Origin: an uncultured delta proteobacterium
GTDB lineage: Bacteria > Desulfobacterota > Syntrophorhabdia > Syntrophorhabdales > WCHB1-27
Assembly (NCBI GenBank): GCA_963810935.1
Contig: CAWEPK010000009.1
Coordinates: forward strand, 204,999 to 268,998
DNA: 64,000 bases
Reading direction: 5' to 3'
The notes beneath the pieces were generated by a model that saw nothing but the letters and a program-made list of their open reading frames with translations, was not told where the DNA came from and made no database searches. The translations under genes and the position numbers were made by a program. Below are positions 40,832 to 48,603 of the stretch, in pieces; position 1 is the first letter of the stretch, and the number at the start of each line of letters is the position of its first letter.

Positions 40832-41015
40832 ATTGGGGCTGGCGTCGCCCCCTCCACGAACAAAGTCCGTGGAGCCTCCCCCTCATAAAGAGGAAGAGGC
40901 ATTAAAAACTACTCTATCTATCGGGGCCGGCGTCGCCCCCTCCACGGACGAAGTCCGTCGGGGTACCCGCTTTAGCGGGTCGTCCTCCTCATAAAAAGGA
41001 AGAGGCATTAAAAAC
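40832..41015 (+). repeat. Two tandem copies (A1 40832-40909, A2 40920-41015) of a two-hairpin intergenic repeat
   Basis: Both copies share ATyGGGGCyGGCGTCGCCCCCTCCACG...GTCCGT...CTCATAAAgAGGAAGAGGCATTAAAAAC. A2 carries an extra ACCCGC-TTTA-GCGGGT hairpin. Same family as 49908-50074 in the opposite orientation. Confidence 0.8.
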
Positions 41016-41027
41016 ATACCGGCCATA

Positions 41028-42227
41028 TTACTCTAATATCTCCGTCACTACTCCGGCGCCTACGGTCTTGCCGCCTTCCCTGATGGCGAAGCGCAGCTCT
41101 TTCTCAAGGGCGATCTGGGTCACGAGATCTACGGTAATGGTGACGTTGTCGCCGGGCATGATCATCTCAACGCCTTCGGGGAGATGGACTATGCCCGTCA
41201 CGTCGGTGGTGCGCAGGTAGAACTGGGGACGGTAGCCCGTGAAGAAGGGGGTATGGCGGCCTCCCTCTTCCTTGCTCAGCACGTAGACCTCGGCCTTGAA
41301 CTTCGTATGGGGGGTTATCGAGCCCGGCTTAGCCAGGACCTGACCCCTTTCGACCTCGTCCTTCTTGGTGCCGCGGAGAAGGACGCCTATGTTGTCGCCC
41401 GCCTGTCCCTGATCTAAGATCTTGCGGAACATCTCTACGGATGTGGCAACTGTCTTCTGGGTGGGGGTGAAGCCTATGATCTCCACCTCTTCACCGGGCT
41501 TTACGACTCCACGCTCCACGCGGCCCGTTACGACGGTGCCACGGCCCGAGATGGAGAAGACGTCCTCTATAGGCATGAGGAAGGGCTTGTCCGTGTCGCG
41601 GACCGGCTCGGGGATATAGGAGTCGCAGGCATCGAGGAGCTCGAAGATGCTCTTGCAGTGGGGGCAGTCGGGCTTGCCGTCTCCGCACTCTAAGGCTTTA
41701 AGAGCAGAGCCCTTTATGATCGGTATCTTGTCTCCGGGGAACTCGTAAGCGGTAAGAAGCTCGCGCAGCTCCAGCTCGACAAGCTCTATAAGCTCGGGGT
41801 CGTCTACCATGTCGACCTTGTTCAGGTAGACAACGACGTAGGGGACGCCGACCTGGCGGGCAAGGAGGATATGCTCCCTTGTCTGCGGCATGGGGCCGTC
41901 GTTTGCGCCCACGACAAGGATGGCGCCGTCCATCTGGGCCGCCCCTGTGATCATGTTCTTTATATAGTCAGCATGGCCCGGACAGTCCACGTGTGCGTAG
42001 TGGCGCTTATCCGTCTCGTATTCCACGTGGGCGGTTGCGATCGTTATGCCCCTTTCCTTCTCCTCGGGGGCCTTATCTATCTGATCGAACGGTATCCATT
42101 CCGCAAATCCCTTGTTGGCAAGACAGCGGGTGATGGCGGATGTCAGGGTTGTCTTCCCGTGGTCGATGTGGCCTATGGTGCCTACATTGACATGGGGTTT
42201 TTTGCGCTCGAACTTTTTCTTAGCCAT
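41028..42227 (-). CDS. tuf: Elongation factor Tu
   Basis: 399 aa. [17 protein letters not shown] and NKVD GTPase motifs. Confidence 0.99.
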   Translation of the reverse strand: MAKKKFERKKPHVNVGTIGHIDHGKTTLTSAITRCLANKGFAEWIPFDQIDKAPEEKERGITIATAHVEYETDKRHYAHVDCPGHADYIKNMITGAAQMDGAILVVGANDGPMPQTREHILLARQVGVPYVVVYLNKVDMVDDPELIELVELELRELLTAYEFPGDKIPIIKGSALKALECGDGKPDCPHCKSIFELLDACDSYIPEPVRDTDKPFLMPIEDVFSISGRGTVVTGRVERGVVKPGEEVEIIGFTPTQKTVATSVEMFRKILDQGQAGDNIGVLLRGTKKDEVERGQVLAKPGSITPHTKFKAEVYVLSKEEGGRHTPFFTGYRPQFYLRTTDVTGIVHLPEGVEMIMPGDNVTITVDLVTQIALEKELRFAIREGGKTVGAGVVTEILE

Positions 42228-42249
42228 AGAGAGCCTCCGTCGTAATTTG

Positions 42250-42324
<75 letters not shown>

Positions 42325-42328
42325 CTTG

Positions 42329-42437
42329 GGAGCGGGCATATCCTCCACCCGCGACGCCTTTGCTTTATAGAGCGGGCATGCTTTCACCCGCTCCGCCTTT
42401 ACTTTTTGGAGCGGGCACGTTTTCACCCGCGACGCCC
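42329..42437 (-). repeat. Three ~40-nt tandem copies of a tRNA-Gly 3'-half-like minihelix
   Basis: Plus-strand units begin at about 42329, 42369 and 42408: (G)GAGCGGGCAyrynTyCACCCGCkmCGCC. In RNA sense they read GTCGCGGGT-loop-GCCCGCTCCA, matching GTCGCGGGTTCGAATCCCGTTTCCCGCTCCA of the adjacent tRNA-Gly. Confidence 0.75.
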
Positions 42438-42448
42438 CAACGTTGTTA

Positions 42449-42525
42449 TGGAGCGGGAAACGGGATTCGAACCCGCGACCCTCAGCTTGGAAGGCTGACG
42501 CTCTGGCCAGCTGAGCTATTCCCGC
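42449..42525 (-). tRNA. tRNA-Gly (anticodon TCC), CCA encoded
   Basis: GCGGGAATAGCTCAGCTGGCCAGAGCGTCAGCCTTCCAAGCTGAGGGTCGCGGGTTCGAATCCCGTTTCCCGCTCCA. Confidence 0.9.
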
Positions 42526-42678
42526 CAGTCGAAACAATAAAGAGCTAACGAATCGAGCCATCACCCTATCACGACCAGCCGTTGATGGGATTCTCGACCT
42601 CGCAACCCTTAGCAATCTCAAAAGAGGCGAGGCGCTCCCCTTCAAAGAGCTCTCGCCTTCCACCTGTCACAATCTTTA

Positions 42679-42763
42679 TGGTGGAGAGGGGAGGATTCGA
42701 ACCTCCGAAGTCTGAGACAACAGATTTACAGTCTGCCCCCTTTGGCCGCTCGGGAACCTCTCC
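42679..42763 (-). tRNA. tRNA-Tyr (anticodon GTA), long variable arm, CCA encoded
   Basis: GGAGAGGTTCCCGAGCGGCCAAAGGGGGCAGACTGTAAATCTGTTGTCTCAGACTTCGGAGGTTCGAATCCTCCCCTCTCCACCA. Confidence 0.9.
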
Positions 42764-42768
42764 CCAAG

Positions 42769-42841
42769 AGCTGGTGATGGGACTCGAACCCGCAACCTGC
42801 TGATTACAAATCAGCTGCTCTGCCTGTTGAGCTACACCAGC
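42769..42841 (-). tRNA. tRNA-Thr (anticodon TGT)
   Basis: GCTGGTGTAGCTCAACAGGCAGAGCAGCTGATTTGTAATCAGCAGGTTGCGGGTTCGAGTCCCATCACCAGCT. The order Thr-Tyr-Gly-Thr-tuf matches E. coli thrU-tyrU-glyT-thrT-tufB. Confidence 0.9.
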
Positions 42842-42856
42842 TTTACATGAACCAGT

Positions 42857-42886
42857 ATTATAATATACGACGTTGGGCAAAATCAA
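42857..42886 (-). promoter_or_regulatory. Putative sigma-70 promoter of the tRNA-tuf operon
   Basis: Minus strand TTGATT (42886-42881), 18-nt spacer, TATAAT (42862-42857), about 15 nt upstream of the first tRNA. Confidence 0.5.
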
Positions 42887-43014
42887 CACAGATTATCCGA
42901 AGATTATCTCTTGCATAGAGACGAAGAGAAAACTCCTGCACTAGTATATATCAGAATCCTTGCAAATGGAAGTGTTATCTGCGGGCCGGACCCCCGTTTT
43001 CCCCCCATAAAGGG

Positions 43015-43043
43015 TTGCAAAAAGGCCGAATTTGGTGTATACT
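43015..43043 (+). promoter_or_regulatory. Putative sigma-70 promoter P1 (no obvious ORF downstream)
   Basis: TTGCAA, 17-nt spacer, TATACT. Confidence 0.45.
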
Positions 43044-43178
43044 AATAGTTGGAAGCCCTGTGTTGGTCGGCGCGCCTTTAATGTCTGTACTCTTTTTCAT
43101 CCACATAAAAGAAAAATCGCTGGACAAGCGGCGCAGTCGATGGATACAATTGGAAAAGCGGCAACAGAGGGCGCAAGG

Positions 43179-43206
43179 TTGACAAACAACGAATGCGTGC
43201 TATATT
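43179..43206 (+). promoter_or_regulatory. Putative sigma-70 promoter P2 upstream of rpoD (extended -10)
   Basis: TTGACA, 16-nt spacer ending in TGc, TATATT. About 80 nt upstream of the rpoD ATG. Confidence 0.5.
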
Positions 43207-43236
43207 GTAAAAAAGTTTATGGGTAATAATGCGTTT

Positions 43237-43270
43237 AAAATGCCCTTGATTCACATAAAGGGCATTTTTT
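43237..43270 (+). terminator. Intrinsic-terminator-like hairpin with U-tract, 18 nt upstream of the rpoD start codon
   Basis: AAAATGCCCTT-(10-nt loop)-AAGGGCATTTT, a perfect 11-bp stem followed by TT (six consecutive T in total). The U-tract exists only on the plus strand. Confidence 0.55.
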
Positions 43271-43288
43271 GCACCCGGAGCGAGATCG

Positions 43289-44803
43289 ATGAGCATAAAA
43301 AACTTTGACCAGATAAAGACATTGATCGACATAGGCATGGAGAAGGGTTATCTCACGCCCGACGAGATAAACGACTTCCTGCCGCAGAATATATTCTCGC
43401 CTGAAGACATCGAGGATATATTCGACTTCCTTTCGGAGTCGAATATAGACGTCGTAGAAACGATCAAGGACAAGATAGAGACCACCGAGGAGGAGCAGCG
43501 TGAATGGGAGGAGCCGGAGCGCTTTCCCACCGAGAAGACGGATAACATCATTTGGGCCTACCTTAAAGATATAGGCAGGATATCTCTTCTGTCCTCCGAA
43601 GAGGAATACGACATCGCGAAGAAGATCGAGGAGGGCGAGAGAAGGATCAGGAGCCTCCTGTTCGAGATGCCCCAGGCCATAGCCGAGCTTCAGGAACTTT
43701 CCTCCCAAATAAAAAAGGAGGCGGTCAGCATCATCGATATCGTGAAGAATATCGATGAGATGAACTTCACCAAGAAGGACGAGGAGCAGTACCGGAAGAA
43801 GACGGTCACCCTGGCGAACAGCCTCAAGAACCTTTATGAGAAAAAGATTGAGATCAAGAAGCAAAAACAGGCCCGTGACGAATTCACGAGAAAACAGACC
43901 CAGAAAAAGCTAATCACACTGGGGAATAAGATAGAAGAGACGCTTGCGGCCCTCAACCTCCAAAAGAAGGTCCTGGAAGAGATCACGCGGAAGGTGGAGA
44001 AACGCGTGAGGTTCCTGGACGAGAAAGAGGCCCGGTCGGTCCAGACGTCCTTACGCGAGATGGACGTTGTCGAAAGGGACCTGAAGATCGTTAAGAACCG
44101 GCTGATCAAAGCAAACCTCAGGCTCGTCATAAATATAGCCAAAAAGTACCTGAACAGGGGCCTTTCCTTCCTCGACCTGATACAAGAGGGCAACATGGGC
44201 CTCATGAAGGCCGCCGAAAAGTACGATTACCAGAAGGGGTACAAGTTTTCCACTTACTCTACCTGGTGGATCAGGCAGGCTATAACGAGGGCCATCGCCG
44301 ACTACGCGCGGACGATCAGGGTGCCGGTCCACGTCCTCGAGACGATGAATAAGATAACGAAGGTGACGATATCGCTTTACCAGGAGCTTGGCCGCGAGCC
44401 CACCCTGGAGGAGATATCGGCCAAGGCCGCCCTGCCGCTCGAAAAGGTCAGGAAGATAATGAAGGTCTCCAACGAACCGATATCGATAGAGACGCCTATC
44501 GGGGACGACGACTCCAAGCTGGGCGACTTCATCGCAGACCCGAAATCGCCCTCGCCTTTCGAGGAGCTGGTCAATATCTCCTGCAAAGAGGAAATCGACA
44601 AGGTTCTCTCGACCCTTACCCCCAGGGAGGAGAAGGTCATACGTATGAGGCTGGGGATAGGCGAGAAGACGGACTATACACTCGAAGAGGTGGGCGACGT
44701 GTTCGGCCTCACCAGGGAGAGGATAAGGCAGATAGAGGCGAAGGCGTTAAGGAAGCTGAAACACCCTTCGAGGAGAAAACGGCTGGAAAGTTTCCTCGAA
44801 TAG
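43289..44803 (+). CDS. rpoD: RNA polymerase primary sigma factor RpoD (sigma-70)
   Basis: 504 aa. Region 1.1 acidic N-terminus, region 2 [16 protein letters not shown], and region 4 ...[27 protein letters not shown]. Confidence 0.97.
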   Translation: MSIKNFDQIKTLIDIGMEKGYLTPDEINDFLPQNIFSPEDIEDIFDFLSESNIDVVETIKDKIETTEEEQREWEEPERFPTEKTDNIIWAYLKDIGRISLLSSEEEYDIAKKIEEGERRIRSLLFEMPQAIAELQELSSQIKKEAVSIIDIVKNIDEMNFTKKDEEQYRKKTVTLANSLKNLYEKKIEIKKQKQARDEFTRKQTQKKLITLGNKIEETLAALNLQKKVLEEITRKVEKRVRFLDEKEARSVQTSLREMDVVERDLKIVKNRLIKANLRLVINIAKKYLNRGLSFLDLIQEGNMGLMKAAEKYDYQKGYKFSTYSTWWIRQAITRAIADYARTIRVPVHVLETMNKITKVTISLYQELGREPTLEEISAKAALPLEKVRKIMKVSNEPISIETPIGDDDSKLGDFIADPKSPSPFEELVNISCKEEIDKVLSTLTPREEKVIRMRLGIGEKTDYTLEEVGDVFGLTRERIRQIEAKALRKLKHPSRRKRLESFLE

Positions 44804-44829
44804 GGGTCAGGCCGTCCGTTTCCCCGCAG

Positions 44830-45300
44830 TTAATCCACGAGATAGTTCTGTAGGGTCTGGTAGCTCTGGAAGTCCGTATCGATCAGGGTTGCCCCGACAT
44901 TCGTCTGCCCGTTCGAGCGAACGTGCTTGGCGGTGCACTGGACAGAGAGGGGCTTTTCGCTTTTGGGCAGCGTGAACAAAAGGGAGATCTTCGAATCGTC
45001 GCCCTCTTCCTGCCTGAAATTATTGGGGACTGAGAAATTGATCCCTCCCAGGGACAGGTCGTTCACCATGCCAGCGTGCACGGTGCCATCGACGCTCGTG
45101 ACCAGCGCGGGGGCCGAGATTTTTTTCCTGGGAAAACGCCGTTTTTCTTCCTCTGTCCTGGCGGGCCGCTTCTTCTCTACGTAGTCATATAGGATGTTCT
45201 CTATGACGGAAGAGAGAGATCTCCTCTCGGAAGACGACACCTTTTCGATGGCCTTTCTCAGCTCGTCGCTGGTACGGAAACATATAACAGTGTCTCGCAT
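44830..45300 (-). CDS. Ribbon-helix-helix (CopG/Arc-like) domain fused to a PilZ c-di-GMP-binding domain
   Basis: N-terminus VICFRTSDELRKAIEKVSSSERRSLSSVIENILYDYV has the RHH pattern. C-terminus has RRFPRKK (RxxxR) and NDLSLGGI (D/NxSxxG) PilZ motifs. GGGAGGAG RBS upstream. Confidence 0.7.
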   Translation of the reverse strand: MRDTVICFRTSDELRKAIEKVSSSERRSLSSVIENILYDYVEKKRPARTEEEKRRFPRKKISAPALVTSVDGTVHAGMVNDLSLGGINFSVPNNFRQEEGDDSKISLLFTLPKSEKPLSVQCTAKHVRSNGQTNVGATLIDTDFQSYQTLQNYLVD

Positions 45301-45435
45301 CCGTCTGTCTCCTCCCTACAGGATTAAAAGCGACTTCGCTTCCCCGGCATAACAGAAAAAACGGCAAGCACTATAAATTGTAATACGTTGTTTCTGTGGG
45401 TTAGTCAAGAAAATTCTTTCTTCCCCCTACAAATT

Positions 45436-45771
45436 TTACACCTGCCCTGGCTCCCCACTGATGCTGAACAGGTGCCATCGGTCCGGACTGCGGCCTTTTC
45501 CCCGCCGCGGCTGCCTCTCGAAATAGATTTTCATCCTGCCCATCGTTGTCTCCACCTCGAACCAGTGCTTCCGCACGTACCGCTCAAGGCTGCCGTGGCG
45601 GCATCTGCCCGTTTCGCGCCATACGCCCACTACTCTTTTGATATCCACCGTCCTGCCCTGCCAAACAAATTGGCGGGGCAGCCCAGGAGCCCCGGCCGCC
45701 ATGGCCGTGGTGTCGCAGGTCGAGGTGACGGGCTTTATGGTCTCGCTTACGAGGCGCTCGGCCATATCCAT
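45436..45771 (-). CDS. Hypothetical protein (conserved-looking, no family assigned)
   Basis: ORF of 111-128 aa depending on start, with non-repetitive composition (…PRQFVWQGRTVDIKRVVGVWRETG…RYVRKHWFEVETTMGRMKIYFERQ…). Co-directional with the His-rich gene. No motif I can name. Confidence 0.5.
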   Translation of the reverse strand: MDMAERLVSETIKPVTSTCDTTAMAAGAPGLPRQFVWQGRTVDIKRVVGVWRETGRCRHGSLERYVRKHWFEVETTMGRMKIYFERQPRRGKGRSPDRWHLFSISGEPGQV

Positions 45772-45834
45772 TGTATATTGTAACACGAAGCTTCCGGCAT
45801 GTCCGGCTTGGCGGCCATACATGCCGTCACCCTT

Positions 45835-46119
45835 TTAGCAGGTGCCCATCTCCTGCTGCTTATGGGGGTGCTGATGCACCTCGTGCTGGTGCGCGGGGTG
45901 GTCGTGGTCGTGCGGTCCATGCTCGCCGGTATGGGAATGGGAATGTGCTTCCCCTTCACCATCGTGCTTATGCATGTGCTTATGCTCATGGATGTGCTCG
46001 TGGGCATGCTCATGCTCGTGCTCGTGCGTGTGGACGACCTCTCCGTGCTGGTGCGGGTGGGAATGGACATGCTTGTGCGGGTGCACATGCAGATGGATGT
46101 GCTCGTGTTCTCCTTCCAT
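45835..46119 (-). CDS. Histidine-rich small protein (putative metal-binding/storage or metallochaperone)
   Basis: MEGEHEHIHLHVHPHKHVHSHPHQHGEVVHTHEHEHEHAHEHIHEHKHMHKHDGEGEAHSHSHTGEHGPHDHDHPAHQHEVHQHPHKQQEMGTC. ATG at 46119 has AGGAGG 6 nt upstream; the track ORF start at 46191 is probably too far upstream. Confidence 0.6.
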   Translation of the reverse strand: MEGEHEHIHLHVHPHKHVHSHPHQHGEVVHTHEHEHEHAHEHIHEHKHMHKHDGEGEAHSHSHTGEHGPHDHDHPAHQHEVHQHPHKQQEMGTC

Positions 46120-46255
46120 TGTTCTCCTCCTTGGCGGCGAGGTGGCTGGCGCTCTAAACATACAATTCGGTCCGGGCGGCCGCAAAGTCAAGGTCCGTCA
46201 ACAGGCCGGTCGCCCCGCGCTTTTCTTCTAAAGCATTGCCGCCTTAGGCCGGGCC

Positions 46256-46966
46256 GTGGTACCATCTGGCATGGTCAACCCGCCTTCCCCTGAAACGGTA
46301 ACGGAAGGGGTCTATCTCGTCGGAAGCTCCGATTTGACCGACGGCAGGGATTGCTCGGTCTACCTGGTGGACGCGGGCGAATTGGTCCTCATCGACGCTG
46401 GGGCGGGTGTCCGGACCGACAGCATCGTTCGGAATATAGAGCTTCTCGGGCTCGACCCCGCACACATCTCGACCCTCATCCTCACCCATTGCCATATCGA
46501 CCATATAGGCGGCGCCGCGTATCTCAAAGAGCGATTCGGCGTTCGCATCGTCATACACACCCTCGATGCAGCCCCGGTGGAGCAGGCCGATGAGGTGAGA
46601 ACGGGCGCGTCCTGGTACGGCCTGCGCCTTGCCCCGTTGCCCGTCGATGTTAAGCTCGCCGGGGCTGAAGAAAGCCTCACCTTCCGCGACGGCAAGACCC
46701 TCGTCTGCCTCCATACACCGGGGCATACGCCGGGCTCCATCTCGGTATACGGCGACATAAGGGGAAAGAGGGTGCTCTTCGGCCAGGACATACACGGGCC
46801 CTTCCTCCCGGAATTCGGTGCGGACCTCAATGCCTGGCAGCGCTCGATGAAGGCGCTCCTCGATCTGGAGGCCGATATCCTGTGCGAGGGCCATTTCGGC
46901 GTATACCGGTCAAAAGCGGCAGTCAGGGACTACATAGAGCGTTACCTTGAGGAGTACGGGGACTAA
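46256..46966 (+). CDS. MBL-fold metallo-hydrolase
   Basis: LILTHCHIDHIGG (HxHxDH), HTPGHTPGS and a C-terminal CEGH. GTG start at 46256 or ATG at 46271. Confidence 0.85.
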   Translation: MVPSGMVNPPSPETVTEGVYLVGSSDLTDGRDCSVYLVDAGELVLIDAGAGVRTDSIVRNIELLGLDPAHISTLILTHCHIDHIGGAAYLKERFGVRIVIHTLDAAPVEQADEVRTGASWYGLRLAPLPVDVKLAGAEESLTFRDGKTLVCLHTPGHTPGSISVYGDIRGKRVLFGQDIHGPFLPEFGADLNAWQRSMKALLDLEADILCEGHFGVYRSKAAVRDYIERYLEEYGD

Positions 46967-46969
46967 ACC

Positions 46970-47848
46970 TTAAGAGGCGGGCCCGACTTCCGGCGCAAAC
47001 GCAGCGTCGCTGTCCTGCGCCCACAATGCAGCCTGCCTGCGCACCAGCTCGGTAAGGGACGCACCGTTCTTTACCAGCGTTCGCTGCCATTCCGCCTCAT
47101 TCCCCTTGAATACGATGTCACGCACGATCCGGCACGCGTCTTCCGCGCCCAGGTCGATGGCGTGGCCTTCCACTTTCTTCAATGTGTCGAGGATGTCCTC
47201 GGCGATGCTCTTTTGCTCCCCCGACTGCGGGTCTGCGATGAGCCCTTCCTTTCCGAAGCGGCAGGCCTGGAAGCGGTTGAAGGTATAAGCGGTGTAAAGG
47301 TCTTCATCCGGCGCAAAGGGTTTTTCCACGATCAGGTACTTGCCCGGGACTTGCAGGTAGATCGCGAGGGCCGCCGCGGTATTCATCTGCAGGGGCGTAT
47401 CGCACACGCGAAGCTCGATCGTCCCGTACTCCGGCTTCGGCCGCAGGTCCCAGTAAAAATCCTTCATCGACTCCACTATCCGCCTGGAGTTCATCTTGTC
47501 GAAAAAACTGATGAAATCATCCCAGGTAGTGACGAGCGGCGCCCGGCCCGATAGCGGGAAGGCAAAGACCGAATTGAGGCGGGCCGAATCGAAACCCGTA
47601 TCCTGCCCCTGCACGAAGGGCGAGCAGGCGGAAAGCGCAATGAACTGCGGGATGTAGCGCGAGAGCCGGTGCAGCAGCGTCAGGGCCTCGTTTCCGTCCG
47701 AGCAGCCGAGGTGCACGTACTGGCCGAAAACGGTGAATTGCTTGGCCAGGTAGCCGTAGCGTGTGGAAATCTCGTGGAAACGCGGCTTGTCGAAGATCTG
47801 CCGGTCGCTCCACCACTGGAAGGGGTGGGTGCCTCCGCCGCCACGCAA
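46970..47848 (-). pseudogene. Glutamate-cysteine ligase family 2 (YbdK-type carboxylate-amine ligase), lacking roughly the first 100 codons
   Basis: Begins at [11 protein letters not shown], which corresponds to [11 protein letters not shown] about 100 aa into E. coli YbdK as I recall that sequence. The rest is collinear ([38 protein letters not shown]). No N-terminal ATP-grasp-like segment and no ATG or RBS. Confidence 0.8.
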
Positions 47849-48119
47849 GGTCGAGGCGCTGGCCGAGCCGGAAAAGGACTATGCCGAGGGCGACGTCTAC
47901 GGCCGGCCGCCACAGGCCCGCCATATCGGGCGAGACCCATTTCAGTCCCGGCGCCCCGAATACCATGCCAAGGACGATATATGTGGCAACGCGGGGGATG
48001 CGGCGCGTCCTGAACAGGGCATCGGCAGTCGCGGCGCTGACGAGCAATGCGATGCCGAAAGCAAAAAAGGGGCTGATCGCTGCGGGTACTGCGGGCAAAA
48101 AATCAAACGTCTGGGGCAA
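47841..48119 (-). pseudogene. N-terminal fragment (~90 aa) of a CPA2/Kef-type cation:proton antiporter, running out of frame into the GCS2 remnant
   Basis: [89 protein letters not shown] matches the first 2-3 TM helices of Kef-like exchangers. Only TTG-type starts are available, and the frame continues as junk through the ligase. Confidence 0.5.
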
Positions 48120-48304
48120 ACAAACACCACAAAGCTGAGTAACTTGACCGAACGCGATAGATCTGCCTTTTTCGGTCCTGCCCAGGCCCGAGTGTGCCAC
48201 ATGCGTCGTCCGAAAGTCAAAGGAAAAGAAGCGACGTGACAAAGTCCCGTTATTCAGGCGTCTTACGCACGGTTGACATGGTCGCATTCATACCTATGTT
48301 GGGA

Positions 48305-48508
48305 ATGAAAAGAACACGAGCAAGGAGGTGCGTCATTCTATACTGGGCAATCATATTTCTGGTAATTGCGGTTATAGCTGCGATTTTCGGCTTTGCCGTC
48401 ATTGCCGGGACGGCGGCATGGATCGCAAAGGTGTTGTTTATCGTCTTCCTCATCCTCTTCGTTATCTCCCTTATCTCAGGAAGACGGAGAACACCGCCCG
48501 TAGCCTGA
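48305..48508 (+). CDS. UPF0391/DUF1328 small membrane protein
   Basis: …[51 protein letters not shown] is the typical two-TM DUF1328 pattern. Start uncertain. Confidence 0.7.
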   Translation: MKRTRARRCVILYWAIIFLVIAVIAAIFGFAVIAGTAAWIAKVLFIVFLILFVISLISGRRRTPPVA

Positions 48509-48543
48509 AGAGGGGATCGTTTCAAGATAGCCTGACAGACAAT

Positions 48544-48577
48544 AAAAAAAACCCGGGGGGAAGACTCACCCCCGGGC
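48544..48577 (-). terminator. Rho-independent terminator of the response-regulator gene
   Basis: Minus strand GCCCGGGGG-TGAGTCTT-CCCCCGGG followed by TTTTTTTT. Confidence 0.75.
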
Positions 48578-48603
48578 AACAATGGCTTTCTAATCTTTGC
48601 GCC

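Noticed and set aside
40554-40994. 146-aa plus-strand ORF
   Set aside because: It runs across tRNA-Trp, antisense rpmG and the intergenic repeats, so it is not a gene.
43032-43226. 64-aa ORF upstream of rpoD
   Set aside because: It starts before the predicted P1 transcription start, lacks an RBS, has an unremarkable composition, and spans the P2 promoter.
43235-43864. 209-aa minus-strand ORF
   Set aside because: Antisense to rpoD; Leu-rich mirror of the Glu/Lys-rich sigma-factor N-terminal region.
45771-46293. Plus-strand ORFs (128 and 164 aa) and a 113-aa minus ORF overlapping the His-rich gene
   Set aside because: They are products of the same CAC/CAT/GAG repeat read in other frames or on the other strand (Val/Leu/Met or Thr/Ser repeats). 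Only the His-rich frame has a strong RBS at a sensible ATG.
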